This document shows, piece by piece, positions 12,553-27,749 of a stretch of 64,000 nucleotides of DNA; the stretch's first letter is position 1, and the number at the start of each line of letters is the position of its first letter. The stretch lies in the NCBI RefSeq assembly GCF_009914755.1, contig NC_060932.1; one strand, written 5' to 3'. This DNA is from the human T2T-CHM13v2.0 reference genome, Homo sapiens. The notes under the pieces are model-generated. The model was not told where the DNA came from. It did not search any database and saw only the letters and a program-made list of their open reading frames with translations. The position numbers were made by a program, and so were the translations under genes.

Positions 12553-14175
12553 GGCTCTCACCTATAATCCAAGCACTTTGGGAGGCCAAAGGGGGAGGAC
12601 TGCTGAGCCCAGGAGTTCAAGACCAGCCTGGGCAACATAGCAAGGACCCCATCTCAACAACAACAAAAATATTTAACAAAAAAAAAATTTAAAAAAATTT
12701 GGTTCACAAAAACAAACAAACAAACAAAACCCATTCAATCCAATTAGAAAAGGGACAAAAGATATGAAGAGATGTTTCACCAATGAGGATATACAGATAG
12801 CAAACATATGCATGACAAAATATTCAACATTAGTATGATAAGGCAAGTGCAATTTAAGACCATGATGAGGCCTTAGTACACACCTGTGAAAAAAGCTAAA
12901 CTAAAAAACAGTAGGCCAGGCGCAGTGAACTCACACCTGTAATCCCAGCACTTTGGGAGGTCAAGGTGGGCTGGATCACTTGAGGTCAGGAGTATGAGAC
13001 CAGCCTGGCCAACATGGCAAAACCCCATCTCTACTAAAAATAAAAAAGTAACCAGGTGTGGTGGCACGTGCCTATAACCTCAGCTAATTGGGAGGCTGAG
13101 GCAGGAGAATCGCTTGAAACTAGGAGTCAGAGGTTGCAGTGAGCCAACATTATGCCACTGCACTCCAGCCTGAGAGACAGACAAGACTCAGTCTCAAAGA
13201 AAACAAAAAACAAAAAACAAACAAACAAACAAACAAACAGTAGGCCAAGTGTGGTGGTTCACACCTGTCATCCTGTCATCCCAGCACTTTGGGAGGCCTA
13301 GGCAGGCGGATCATTTGATCTCAGGAGTTCAAGACCAGCCTGGGCAACATAGTGAGACCCCTGTCTCTATTCATTAAAAGAAAAAACAATAATGACAATA
13401 CCAAATGCTGGTGAGAATGCACAGAAACTAGATAGCTCCTGCATTGCTGGTGGCAATGGAAAATGGTACAACCATTCTGGAAAGTCATTTGGGGGTTTCT
13501 TAACTAAACATATACTTGCCAGATCACCAAGCAATTGCATTCCTGGGCGTGATTCCAAGAGAAATGAAAATGTATTCACACAAAAATCTTGTACACAAAT
13601 ATTCATCACAGTTTTATTCATAATAACCCCAAACTGGAAACAACCAACATGTCCCTCAATAGGCGAATGGATAAACAAACTGTGGTTCATCCGTACCATG
13701 GAATGCTATTTGGTAATAAAAAAGGATGAACTGCTGATACACACAGCAACTTGAGTGGATCTCAAGGGAATCACGCTGAGAAAAAAAAAGCCAGTCTCAA
13801 AAGGTCACAAAGTGTATGATTCCATTGATAGAATATTCACAAAAGGACAAGACTATAGAGATGGAGAACAGACTGGTAGTTGCCAGGAGCTAGGAGTGGT
13901 GGAAAGAAGGAAGGATCACTCTAAAAGGGGTGGCAAGAAGAAAACCTTTGTGGGATGGAACAGTTGTGTGTCTTGATTGTGGTGGTAGTTACACCAGTCT
14001 ACACATGGGATAAAATGACATAGAACTATAGACACACATTGCACCCATTTCCTGGTTTGATATAGTACCACAGTTATGTAAAGTGTAACCACGGGAGGAA
14101 CTGAGTAGAGGGTAGGTGGGACCTCTCTATTATACTATCTTTGCAACTTCCAAATCTGTAATTATTTCAAAATAA
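12553..14175 (+). mobile_element. Old L1M fragment interrupted by Alus (monomer ~12553-12690, AluS ~12914-13235, monomer ~13242-13368)
   Basis: L1 ORF2 C-terminal remnant (IFITVLFIITPNWKQPTCPS..WINKLW) and Alu consensus segments. Confidence 0.8.
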
Positions 14176-14284
14176 ACAGTTACTAGAAAAGGGGAGAAAA
14201 GAGGAGTTGGGAATTCTTTATTTAACCCAAAACGGAGGATTCCTCCCAAAAAAGAAGAGTCAGGAAAGCAATCACAAGTCAGTT

Positions 14285-14990
14285 CTTTCTCTCTCCCTCT
14301 TTTGTTCTCTCTCCCTCTTTCTCTCTCCCTCCCTTTCCTTCTTTCTCACCCTCTTTCTCCCTCTCCCTTTCTCTTTCCCTCTTTCTTTCTCTCTCTCCCT
14401 CTTTCTCTCTTGCTCTTTCTCTTTCTCTCCCTCTTTCTCTCTCCCTCTTTCTTTCTTTCTCTCTCTCCCTCTTTCTCTTTCTCTCCCTCTCTCTCTCTCC
14501 CTCTTTCTCTCTCCCTCTTTCTCTTTCTCTCTCTCCCTCTTTCTCTTTCTCTCCCTCTTTCTCTCTCTCCCTCTTTCTCTCTCCCTTTCTCTCTCTCTCT
14601 TTCTCTCTCCCTTTCTCTCTCCCTTTTTCTCTCTCCCTCTCTCTCTCTCCCTCTTTCTCTCTTCCTCTCTTTCTCTCTCCCTCTTTCTCTCTCCCTCTCT
14701 TTCTCTCTCTGCCTATCTCTCCCCTCTTTCTCTCTCTCCCTCTTTCTCTCTCCCTTTCTCTCTCTCCCTCTTTCTCTCTCTCCCTCTTTCTCTCTCCCTC
14801 TCTTTCTCTCTCTCCCTCTTTCTTTCTCTCTCTCCGTTTCTCTCTCTCCCTCTCTCTCTCCCTCTTTCTCTCTTTCCCTCTCTCTCTCTCCCTCTTTCTC
14901 TCTCTCCCTCTTTCTCTCTCTCTCCATTTCTTTCTCTTTCTCCTTCTCTCTCTCTCCCTCTTTATTTCTCTGTGTCTCTCTCCTCTCTCT
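14285..14990. repeat. ~700-bp polypyrimidine/polypurine (CT-rich) tract
   Basis: Almost exclusively C/T on the plus strand; degenerate CTCTCTCCCTCTTT units. Confidence 0.97.
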
Positions 14991-15497
14991 GCAAAGCTGC
15001 GTCATTCATCTTTGCAGACCACCTTCTGTGCTGCTCATGCATGTGGCTGCCTCACAGCCATGAAGGATGCCAGTGCTTTTTGGTGGTGCTAGTGTTCGTT
15101 GTAGTTGGGCCACACAGAGAAACCCATTAGCCCTCTCTTAGATTCAGTTTAAAGCTCTCAGGAAAACAAAATCCACTAACCCTGCCTGAGCCTGGAGTCC
15201 ATGCCTCTTCCCATGGCAGTGGGGTCGCACAGTACAGATGTAACTGCCTCCGGGAATATGGACGCTTCCTCCTTTCTACACAGAGGTGAGGTCCTGATCC
15301 CAGGAAATGCCCCTTTCTCCTCCAGATCAGTCCCAGATGGATGGGTCTATAAAGCAAATGACAAAAACCCACCATCTATAGTCCACCTGATAGAGAACAC
15401 TGGGAGAAAGGCTGGCCAGTAGCCATAAAGCTTTCCCACTTAAACACAAAGAAGGAAGGACCCTCAAGACAGAAGCCCCTGGGCAGGCTACTGGTGT

Positions 15498-16242
15498 TGA
15501 AACCACCTTTCCAAAAATTACACACTGAGAAAATGATGGCAGTGGGAGAGATCTGATCTAGCCAAACCCCATCTTGCCTTTGGCCTTCAAGCTGCCCTTA
15601 ATTATTTCTGGGTTTAGGACAAGCTAACTTTAGGAGAGATTTAATTTATAGTTTAAATAATAATCAATAAATAATAAATAAAGTTTAATAATAGCCCTTC
15701 CCCAAAGCTTTAGCCTTTGTAAAGTTAATGAGAGATTGCCAGGCTAGGAGGAGGAGAGGAGGCTGAATTCGGCTAAGGTGCAGACATAAACAACTGCCAG
15801 CCATTATTTTGGAGGTCACACGATATGCAATGTCCCCAGTCACTCCTGCAAGTAACATCACTATTGAAGAACCTAAGATTGGCCATTTGAGATATCTCTT
15901 CAGGTTTTTTGCATGTTTGATGACCAGTGGCTCCATCTGGGCCCTCCAACTGCTCCTGTGGCCCCACCCAGAAGCAACTCAGTGTGCAGGAGGAACACTT
16001 CCCATGCCCCATGATTGTGCCCCCAACCAATCAGCAGCAACCACCCATTGCCTCGCTACCTCCACCCCTTCCTTCAAACTGTCTTTGATAAACCCTAGCC
16101 TCTAAATGCTCAGGAAGATTGATTTGAGTAATAACTCTGTCTCCCCCATGGCATGACAGGCCTCATGTCAATTAAACTCCATGGTCTCCATCAATTGCTT
16201 TTGTCTGTGCATTGGGAAGGAAGAACTCATCAGGCGGTTACA
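15498..16242 (+). mobile_element. Solo ERV1 LTR (LTR8-like)
   Basis: TG...CA termini (TGAAACC...GGTTACA); 4-bp TSD GTGT at 15494-15497 and 16243-16246. Confidence 0.82.
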
Positions 16243-18645
16243 GTGTAAAGTGTGGGCTGCCTCCCATGGGACACACGATGAAGCTTGTGGCCCCCTGCAT
16301 GGTGACTCCAGCTGACACCCAAGAGAGTTCCTTGGTGAGCCAGTAAACCACTTTAGGCTCTGCCCACAGGGATATTGCCCTTGTCCAGGGTCCTCCCGGC
16401 CCACCTCGGAAGGAGCCTGAGAAGAAACTGACTGTGGTCATGTGACGTCTTCTGAAGGCAGCTGGCAGTCTTCTGGCTTGGCCCACAGCTTGCCTGAGGG
16501 ATGAAGATGCCCTGTGTGTGGTTGGTTTGTGTTGATCTAAAGACCCTGTTCTCCAGGCTTGAGGTTTTTTTTGGCAGCACAGCACCTATAAAACCTTAAC
16601 TGGCAGCCTGTCGATTTAATTTAGGGAGACTGCATTTGTTGAAAGCTGTTTCTAGACAGCTTGTGAAGCTGAGCAGCTGAGCTGGGCCCTGCCTGTGGGG
16701 CTGCAGTTTCTTAGAAGGAAGCCCGAGGGCTCTGGTTCTCTGCTTAACGGATTTCGCCTTAGGGTGCGCAGGGCAGTTGAGAAAGTCCACCTTCACCTTG
16801 TTAATTTGTAGATCATCCCAAACCTGGTTCCAAAGGGTGCTTCACAGTGGGAGGCACCCCCCATCTTGTCCAGCAAGAGGGTGCAGAAAAATGGACCGGA
16901 AGAAGTTTGGAAGATTCAGGGTTTCCCAGCTCCCCTGGCCTTTCCTGAATGTCCTTATTCCAAGTGCCAGAACCTCGCTGTTTCATAATTGGTGCACCAA
17001 ATTTAGTTCTCGATGTAGGTTGCTGCAGAGTGTAACTGCTGCAGCTCTGTAAGTCCTGTGATTAACTTCGAGAATTGACTCTAAGTGGTCTCAGATCCTA
17101 TACTATGAGCAGAAAGGACTTCAGGAGCAGGGTTTGCACAACTGACCTAGTTTTCCTGTTTTTCCCATCCACTTTAAGCCCAACAGCCTCAGACTTGACT
17201 CCATGCACTTTACTGAAATCCCAGAGAGTCAACAGCATGGCCTGACGTCCTTCAAGATGGCCTTACAATCCCCTAAAGCCTCAGTCTCAGTAGAAAAACT
17301 GTCCAAGTTCCAAAAACCAGCAACACTGATTTCACCAGCTGTTTCTGTTTGTATATCACTGACAGGCAGCCAGCTTCCCCAATCCCAGAATGATGGGATC
17401 CCATTGTCTCCATGCCCTGAAACGGGTCAGTTATGTGTGGCTTCATTTCCTAGTACCAGGTTGCATCTTATTTAGAGTTCATTTGGCTGCAAATTAACAG
17501 GAATCTACTCCAGATTACCATAAGCAAAAACAGGAAATTCATTCAAGTTTAGAAAGATATCACAAAGAAACCATCACAAAAAGACAGCTGGCTGGAACCA
17601 GGAATCAGCAGCAGCAGCACCTGGGAAGTCTGTCTCTCTCTCTCTCTTTCTCTCACCCCCACCTTATTCTGCATCTGCATCTCCCATCTCCAAGACAGAC
17701 CCCCTCTCTGCTTCCAAGCAGTGGCCAGCCCACGATTCTTGGGGTGACAGAGAGACAGACTAGCCTTCTCTCCATCCTGATTTCAGAATGTCCAGGCAAG
17801 AGAATCCGTCTGGCTCACTTCAGGTCAGGTGTGTGTGTCTGGTGCCAAGGATTTTGACCAGAGGGTGGACTGCATTGTGCAAATCTGTATGGGGTAGGGG
17901 TCCTCTTCTGCGGGGAGGTTAATGGAGAGCCCAGCAGACACCCCACATGTGTGCTCCATCAGGGTCAGCAAGTAACAAGCAAAAAATAATATTGTGTTCA
18001 TTACAAAAATGCCTGAACCTAAGTTCATTGCCAGTGGTGGAACATTTTAATTGGGTTAGGCAAGCTGGGGATGGGAAAACGATTTGCCTTGTGAGTATCC
18101 TGACCTCTAGCACCACAGCTGCCTCTCCCTACTGCAGAATCCCCAGGGGCTGAACATCCCTAGAGATGTCAGAGCAGGGTGTGAACAAATGAGTCTTTTA
18201 ACATGGGTTGTCAAAAGGGCCAGAGACTGGGAGGGAAGGAAAGGGGGCCACCTCTTCCCCAGCTGTCCAGTTCTATCTGCTGCATGCTTTTGTGTGCCAA
18301 AGGTGCTGGAAACAGGGAGCTGGAATCAGCTCTGGAGTCACCCTGCACATTCCCTCCCTGCTGCACTCAGGAGCACACAGAGATTGATGAGGAAGGGGCT
18401 GGACTGGCCCACCTTCCCCAGCCCCCTAGAATTTAGATTTAAGGACAGTAGGGACTTGAAAAATCATAAAGTAGGTTTTAAAAAGGGGTGGAATGGGAAG
18501 AAATGCATACAGTCCTCTGCGGCTGCTAAGAAAACGCTGCTGTGACTCCCATGCCTCTTCCTTTGTAGTTTAGGGTCGGCCTCATTCTACTCGATGGGTT
18601 CAAAACCAATTTCAGACATACATACACCAAATTCAAGCACAGCAA

Positions 18646-19250
18646 TTTTTTTTTTTTTTTTTTTGAGACAGAGTCTCTTGCTCTGTTGCCCAGGCTGAAG
18701 TGCAGTGGCAGGATCACGCTCATTGCAGTCTCGACCTCCTGGGCTCAGGCAAGCCTCCTGCCTCAGTCTCTCAAGTAGCTGGGACTACAAGTGCACACCA
18801 CCATGCCCAGCTAATTTTTGTATTTTTTTTTTTTAGACAGAGTCTCGCTCTGTCTCCCAGGCTAGAGTGCAGTGGCGCGATCTCGGCTCACTGCAAGCTT
18901 GGCCTCCCGGGTTCACGCCATTCTCCTGCCTCAGCCTCCTGAGTAGCTGGTACTACAGGTGCCCGCCACCACGCCCGGCTAATTTTTTGTATTTTTAGTA
19001 GAGACGGGGTTTCATCCTGTTAGCCAGGATGATCTTGATCTCCTGACCTCGTGATCCGCCCGCCTCGGCCTCGCAAAGTGCTGGGACTACAGGCGTGAGC
19101 CACCGCGCCCGGCCAATTTTTGTATTTTTTGTAGAGACAGGGTCCCACTTAGTTGCCTAGGCTAGTCTTCAACTGCTGGGTTAAAGCAATCCTCCTGCCT
19201 TGGCCTCCCAGAATGTTGGGACTATAGGAGTGAGCCACCATGCCTGGCCT
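18646..19250 (-). mobile_element. AluJ with an AluY (~18829-19114) inserted in its linker
   Basis: TSD AATTTTTGTATTTTTT at 18813-18828 and 19115-19130. Confidence 0.9.
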
Positions 19251-19655
19251 GCCTGACTCTTCTTGTTTCACTCAAATAATAGAATATCCTTTTTTCAGTC
19301 CCCCAGACAGCTTCAGTTCAATGATTAATATGTCCCATGGAAACTTTCCACTTTGATGTTACCACTCTGGCCCCCCTCCAGCCTAGGTATGTTTGGGGCT
19401 GGGTCAGCTCCTTTTTTCTGCCCCTCCTGCCCAATCTGCCAGAATGGGGATACAGGAGAAAGGGAGGAAAGTGAGGGAAAGAAAGGTCGACTAAGGCTGT
19501 GATGGTCATGATGATGACCCCTTGGCGTTCTCTGGGCCTTGTAGGTGTTTAGAGCTTACTTTTCCTCTTGTAGTACTTTGGAGAGTTCTTCAAAGAGCCT
19601 CCCTCCACCTGCCACCCATTTCTTATTTTTATTTACTTAAAAAAAATTTTTTTAG

Positions 19656-19844
<189 letters not shown>

Positions 19845-20124
19845 TGATGCAGCAGCCTCCCTTTCCTCTGCCATCAGAGCAGTCAGCCAAGCGTGGACGC
19901 TCTCTGTTGAATTCCTCAAGCAATGGTCAGATGGTGGCCCACTGTGACCTCCCAGCTCCAGGGGTCACATAGCAAGTATTCCGGTAGTTCATTCATGTTG
20001 GAGGAAGAGAAAGACATGTCCTTCATTCTCCATGGCTGCGGAAGCTTGGGCTTGGGGTGGGAAGGAATTGGAATGGTGAGATTGGGAGGAAGGGTGGGAT
20101 CACAGCATACCAACAACACCCTCG

Positions 20125-20557
<433 letters not shown>

Positions 20558-22131
20558 TCACTTTAGACTGTAGGAGAGGTGGGCCCTGTTTTCTTAGAAT
20601 CTTAGCCTGAAACAATAACAACAATAGCTGTTAGACACCGATTCTTGCACAGGCCAGGTCCTCTGGTAAGTTCTTGACAAAGATTTTCCACAATAAACCT
20701 ATCTGGTGGGAATGACTATTACCAGTTTATAGATAAGGAAGCTGAGCCTCAGGGAGGTTAACTAACTTGGCCAAGGTCACATGGCTATATGGTGGGGGTA
20801 AATGATGAACTGGAGTTTTCTGACTGCAAGACTCTATGTTGCGCTGGACCCAGGAGCAAATACTTTACGTCGGTTGATATTATGAAAGTAAAATCCACGG
20901 TTTTGTTCAGCCTTCAAGGAGTGTACAGTCTAGATGGGGCAGACATTACCCCCATGCTCCTTCTCTTCTACTCATCCTGCCTTCCTCCTCACAGGAAGCC
21001 CCGCCTTCCCCACCCCACCCCACTGCTCCTTTCAGTTCTTGAACTGAATGTTGTCCCTGCACTTGCACAATATATTTTACTCCCATTAGACTATGAGCTT
21101 CTCAAGTTCGAGGACCATGTCCTGTTATCCTCTTATCCTCTGCATGTATCTCAGTGCCTGGCAGAGGCTCAAACACAGTGAAATGTGAGAAGTCATGAAA
21201 AAAGAAAAAAACACAAACAAACAAATAAATAAACAGGAAAGAGACTGCCCTTGGCTATCCCAACCTGGGCCTGAGGATTTGGCTGCAGAACTTGATGTCC
21301 TAGGTGTTGTCTGGGATGGAGAAAGGAAGTGGGTTTCATGCTCCCAGACTGTAAGATGACGGGGCTAATCATATCAAAGGCCCCTTTCAAGGACGACCAC
21401 CATAGCTCTTCAAAAGTCCAAAGAGAAGAAGGAAGACAGTGCATTGTCTCTGTCTGCTTCAGTTTTTTCCTTGGACTGGGTGGAGCATTTCAACAGAAAC
21501 CCACGTGCAGTGCAGGTATCGGGGATTCACCCAGCAGGTTCTGAGCCCAGAATGTAGGAAACATCCCAGGAAGAAGGAAACAAAGAAGAGTACTCTTGGG
21601 GACAAAAGCTGTAGATGGAGTTACTCTGCAGTAATATAGAATCAAACTTACTATTTCCTGGGTAATGCATTTCAAGTTTTGAACACTTATCCCCCAGATG
21701 AACTGTTAGAACCCAGACCACTGTAATTTAAGATCCACCTTCATGGACTCTGAGGGAGGTTATACAGGATTCTGTAGAGGAGGACCCTACAGTGCTGAGG
21801 ACCTATTTCATGTTGGGTCTCTGTTTCTTAGGGAGATTATGAAAATTGACCAGAATCAGAAAAAGGCATTGTCAAATTTCTTCCCCATCATGGTCCACTG
21901 ACTTTGTTGTTGTGGGTTTATAACTTTACTAACATTGTTATGGTGTCTCAGAAAGAGGAGGGAAACCTGGGTGCAGTCTACCATCTTGGACAGAAGGGCC
22001 TAACATTTATTTTCATCTTTAACACAGGAGTTTTCTTTCTAGGAATTTATCGTAATTGAACAGGACTCCTAAAATACAATGTATATACAAGTGTGTAAGT
22101 GTGTCCATTGCAGTATTGCTTATAATAGTGA

Positions 22132-22470
<339 letters not shown>

Positions 22471-22789
22471 TGATATACTTCAGCACAAATCATTGGAACC
22501 AGTAAAACTGATGCCATAGATTTCCATAAAGGAAAATTGTACACTTATGGAATGTCTATTTAGTTGAAAAGGTTTACATCTGCTAAATCCTATACATTTG
22601 AAGATATTTAATAGCAAAGAAAACAGTAAGTGAATAAAAAGGGCTACAAAAATGTAGTGTGATCTAATTTCTGTACAAATCTCACACTTTTGAGTTTAAA
22701 CATATAAAAAGAAACTGCATAAAAATGTTTACTAGTATTAACTCTGGATGGTGGAATTCTGGGTGATTCCTTATACATATTTCTGAATC

Positions 22790-23120
22790 AACATACATTA
22801 TGTATAAATATATGGTCTATATTATATATGGTATATTATGATGTATATATGGTATATGGTATATTTTTTATATATGGTTTATATAGTATGTATATTTAAC
22901 AATACTCATATAGTTAAATATATTTATAGAAATTATATGTAAATTTATATATGGCATACGTAAATATATATTTATATAAATTTATATATGTATATATGTA
23001 AATATATTTATGTACACCATGTACAAATACATTTATATAGATTTAAGGTATGTATATGTATATATGTGCACATATACACACGTGTGTGTGTGTATATATA
23101 TATATACCTATATCTATAAA
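22790..23120. repeat. Degenerate (TA)-rich low-complexity tract
   Basis: Direct reading. Confidence 0.85.
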
Positions 23121-23229
23121 ACCTGCCCGTCTGCTCTTACTCAGTTTATTTCCATTTCCACCTTCTTACTCCTCTGTCCGGCAAAGCATAGCGAAAGAGT
23201 TGAGGAGGGTTGTTTTTGTTGCCCCTATG

Positions 23230-23620
23230 GCTTAGGAAGAGTTAATTAACTCCTAATTAACGCATTAGACTAGGAGGAGCAACTGAGTTCAGATTGGATG
23301 ACAGTGACATCATGCCAGTCGCGGGAGCCAATAGCAGCGCCCCTGCCGCTGAAGTTTCTTAAGCCCCGGATGCCTTAATGAGCCTCCTGCACCCGCTGGG
23401 TAGTAGTAGTTGCCGTTCTGTACGCAGCCGGCTGAGCTCCTCGGGCGCCCGTCCTGCATACCCGGACCTTCTGGGCTGTGCCTAGCGAGGGCCCCTTCCC
23501 ACTCTAGTTCCTCCCCCAGCCCCTCTCTTCTGGGGCGTCACCAGTTTCTCTCCGGGGAACTTCGCCACTTGTTTCTCAGGAGGTGACTGCGTCCTGCTAA
23601 TGAGTCAAGGCAGCGACTTT
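23230..23620. promoter_or_regulatory. Orphan CpG-rich promoter/enhancer-like element
   Basis: Local CpG retention in non-Alu sequence; GATTGG 23292-23297, TGACATCA 23305-23312, CCAAT 23328-23332; palindrome GAGTTAATTAACTC 23239-23252. Confidence 0.5.
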
Positions 23621-24019
23621 CCTTTGTCCCCATATTTTTCTCTTCCTCTCTCTTGGGACTCTGCTCAGGGGTTACGCCCGCTCTCGCTTGTGGTGAGGCT
23701 TCCTCATAGCCTCGCAACTCTTAAAAGAAAACCCTGTGTCCAGGGCACCAAGAAGCACCTACTAAACCAAACCTAACAGACTGGCGTTTTCATACCGCGA
23801 CCCTTTCTCACTATAAATGTCACGCTTCTCATTCTAGAAAACAGAGGAGTCGGAGTCTGGGGGTAGGGGTCAACAACCGTGCAAACAGCATCCAAAGATA
23901 TCCATGGCTTACAATATCTAAAATATGATAGATTTACAAATTTGGCATCGCACTGACTATAGTTTTAGGTTTGGCTTTAGTCAAGTGAGCATTTCCTCCT
24001 CTCTTTAAATATTCTCTAT

Positions 24020-24525
24020 TTTTTTAATTTTTTTAAATTTTATGTTGTTTTTAAATTATTATTATACTTTTAAGTTTTAGGGTACATGTGCACAATGTGC
24101 CGGTTGGTTACATATGTATACGTGTGCCATGCTGGTGTGCTGCACCCATTAACTCGTCATTTAGCATTAGGTATATCTCCTAATGCCATCCCTCCCCCAT
24201 CCCCCCACCCCACAACAGTCCCCAGAGTGTGATGTTCCCCTTCCTGTGTCCATGTGTTCTCATTGTTCAACTCCCATCTATGAGTGAGAACATGCGGTGT
24301 TTGGTTTTTTGTCCTTGTGATAGTTTACTGAGAATGATGATTTCCAATTTCATCCATGTCTCTACAAAGGACATGAACTCATCATTTTTTATGGCTGCAT
24401 AGTATTCCATGGTGTATATGTGCCACATTTTCTTAATCCAGTCTATCATTGTTGGACATTTGGGTTGGTTCCAAGTCTTTGCTATTGTGAATAGTGCTGC
24501 AATAAACATATGTGTGCATGTGTCT
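24020..24525 (-). mobile_element. L1PA (PA3/4-like) 3' fragment
   Basis: L1 3' UTR and ORF2 C-terminus on the minus strand; GCTAAATGACGAGTTAATGGG. Confidence 0.9.
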
Positions 24526-24539
24526 GTTTTTTAAGCGGC

Positions 24540-26450
24540 TTCGTAGCATTCCAGCATATGGAATAATGTACTGAACTCTTCCCCTATTGTTGTATATTTA
24601 GATTATGTTCAACTATTTTCTATTTTAAATAATTCCATGATGAACGATGGATCTTTTGTACATATTTTCTTGTCCTAATATCTGAATATTTCCTTAAGAT
24701 AAATCTTAGTGAAATTATCATTTTGTTTTCCTAAAAATACCTTGCTTAACATTTTTCTTGTTATTCCAAATTAAATAAAAATCACTTTGTCTAATTTCAA
24801 AACCAGACCTCTAGGTATTTTGAGTTATAACTGTCTGCTTATTCTAATTAGTTTTTTAGATTTCAGTAAAGTTTCATAGTTCTGTTTTAAATTTTAACTC
24901 AAGGTAGTTTTATATTTCAGTTGCTATTATGAATGGAGTCTTATTTCCAGTATATTTTCTTCCTGGATATTACTGATATCAAGAGTGTTCCTATTTATAA
25001 ATTAATGTCATTTGAATTCACTTCACCAAGTCTTTTATTATTTATCAGTTGATTCTTTTGAGTTTTTAGGTAATCATTATACCACCAAACTTTCAGTGTA
25101 TGTCAAAGAACTTGCCTTATGTATTTGATGGCTTTTTTTTTTTCCAGGAAAAAAAATCTCTTTATATCTCATTTTACCCTTTTCCTTTGAACTCCTGCCT
25201 GAAATTATCACCATCCTGTTTTCTGTTTGGATCTGTTTTGTTAGAAACCAGACTCCTTGGTACTGTGATTCCGTTGGTCATTATTTTGAGATATTTTTTA
25301 TCAGAAGCTGATTATCGGGTTTTTAAAATTTGAGAATCTTAGTTTTTAATAAGAATATTTAGATAATGTGTATCTGCTGGATAGCAATGACGACATTTTC
25401 TTTGGTGCCTATTTCATTTGTTGTCATTCTTTCTGCATAGACTTTTTTCCTTCTCTATTTTTTCATGTTTTGGAAGAAAAGTATGTACGCTGTTTTAAAA
25501 GTCTCCAGTGTTTTAGTGATCCCTGAAAGCAAGCTTTCAACATATACTTGTTTCAATATCAGAAATACATAATAAAACAGTATTTTAAAAAGAATTCTGT
25601 TGCTTCCCACCTCTTTTCCTCCATATGGGGATTTAAGAAACTTTACTTCCCTTGCCTCCAAATTTTCTGGGTTTGGTTACTATAATCTGGAGTTATATAA
25701 CATGATCACTGTTATTAAATTCTATTTAACATTATATATCATCTCTTCCAAGAAAAACTTTTGACATTTGCAATATAACACTTATTCAATCAAATTATTC
25801 CAAGTGGGGTTCATTTATGGCATATTTTCTGAATCCTTGCATTTTGAAAATGTCATTTATTTTACCTTTGCACAACTTGTCTGGATATAAAATTCCAGAT
25901 GATTCACAATCTTTGCTCAAAATCCTGTACATATTTTCCCATTATTTGTCTTTTGGCAAAGCAGACTGATTTTTATTCCTTGGTAATTGCTAGGTTTTTA
26001 TTGTGTTGTTTTGCTTTGTAGCCCTGGATGTTATTACAATTTATTTTGTATCCTATAATTCAAAGTATTTGCCATGAATTTGTTTGGAATGTGACAAGCA
26101 CTTCCAATCTTCAATTCTATCAGTCATTTCAGTTTTAATTTGTTATTTTTTTCTTATAATTTTTGTTAGACTTTAATCCTCCCCCTCCCCTCTCTCTCCT
26201 CCCCTTCCCTCCCCTCCTCTTTCTTTTTCCCCTCTCCCTGTCTTCTGGGAATGTTTCTCAAATTTGTCTTCCATGTTGCTTACTCCATTTTTCTCAATCT
26301 TGGTTACAGCTCTGTTCTTGACTCTCTCTTCTATGAGTTTCAAGTCCACTGTGTTCTTCTCAGTTTCCTTGCAGTTTTGCTCTATCTCACTCACTCCCTT
26401 CTCATACTCAGCCTCCTGTCCTCTTCCTCCCTCTGTTCCTGCTTAAAGAG
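24540..26450 (-). mobile_element. Ancient L1M/HAL1-like remnants (boundaries uncertain)
   Basis: T-rich plus strand; degenerate ORF1-like coiled-coil peptide at 26173-26394 on the minus strand. Confidence 0.45.
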
Positions 26451-26508
26451 ACGACTCCTTATTAAGGATGCCAAAGCTTCCTTCCAGGTACTGCAGATGG
26501 CCTTTTAA

Positions 26509-27182
<674 letters not shown>

Positions 27183-27749
27183 GTTGTTTTTAATGAATAG
27201 ACTCAACACCAAAGGAGGTGAAATCTAAATCCTAGATTCCCTCAGCTCCACATAAAACTCACACAAGAGATGAGACGGGTACAATGAATAGCAGTTGGGG
27301 TAACCCAGCTGCCAGCACTCTCCCAGCCTCTCTCAGCATCAAAGCGGGTGGCTCTGCTGTCTGGAGGCAAAATCTTCTATGCCTATAGCACTCCTGAAAC
27401 TATGAAAATGAGGACTGACAAAAGCACAGAACAATAAACTAAAAAACCCACATGCACACCAGAAAAGGTGCTTCCTATCCCTGCCGCACTGTCCTGTAGG
27501 AATTCCACCTCCCAGGATGCACCATGTTGCCACCAGTTCCCCCTTCTCTCTGCCCAGTTGCTTCCTGGAGCTTGCAGTCGCTAGGATGGTGCTGCAGGAT
27601 GAAGGACAGAAGAAAACAGGATTCCTGGTCACTTCAAAAAGCAGCTGGAGAACAGTAAAGAGTTAGGACATGTCAGAAAACTCCCTTAATTAAAATAATG
27701 CCCTGATGCTCAGGAGAATGGCTAGATCCCACAGCTCAATTTTTGTTTC

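Noticed and set aside
14207-15130. Long ORFs (307, 253 and 219 aa) rich in S/L/F or E/R/K
   Set aside because: Translations of the CT/GA low-complexity tract, which lacks stop codons by composition.
23333-23352. CTCF-like motif GCAGCGCCCCTGCCGCTGA
   Set aside because: Fits the CTCF core only with a gap; too weak to call.
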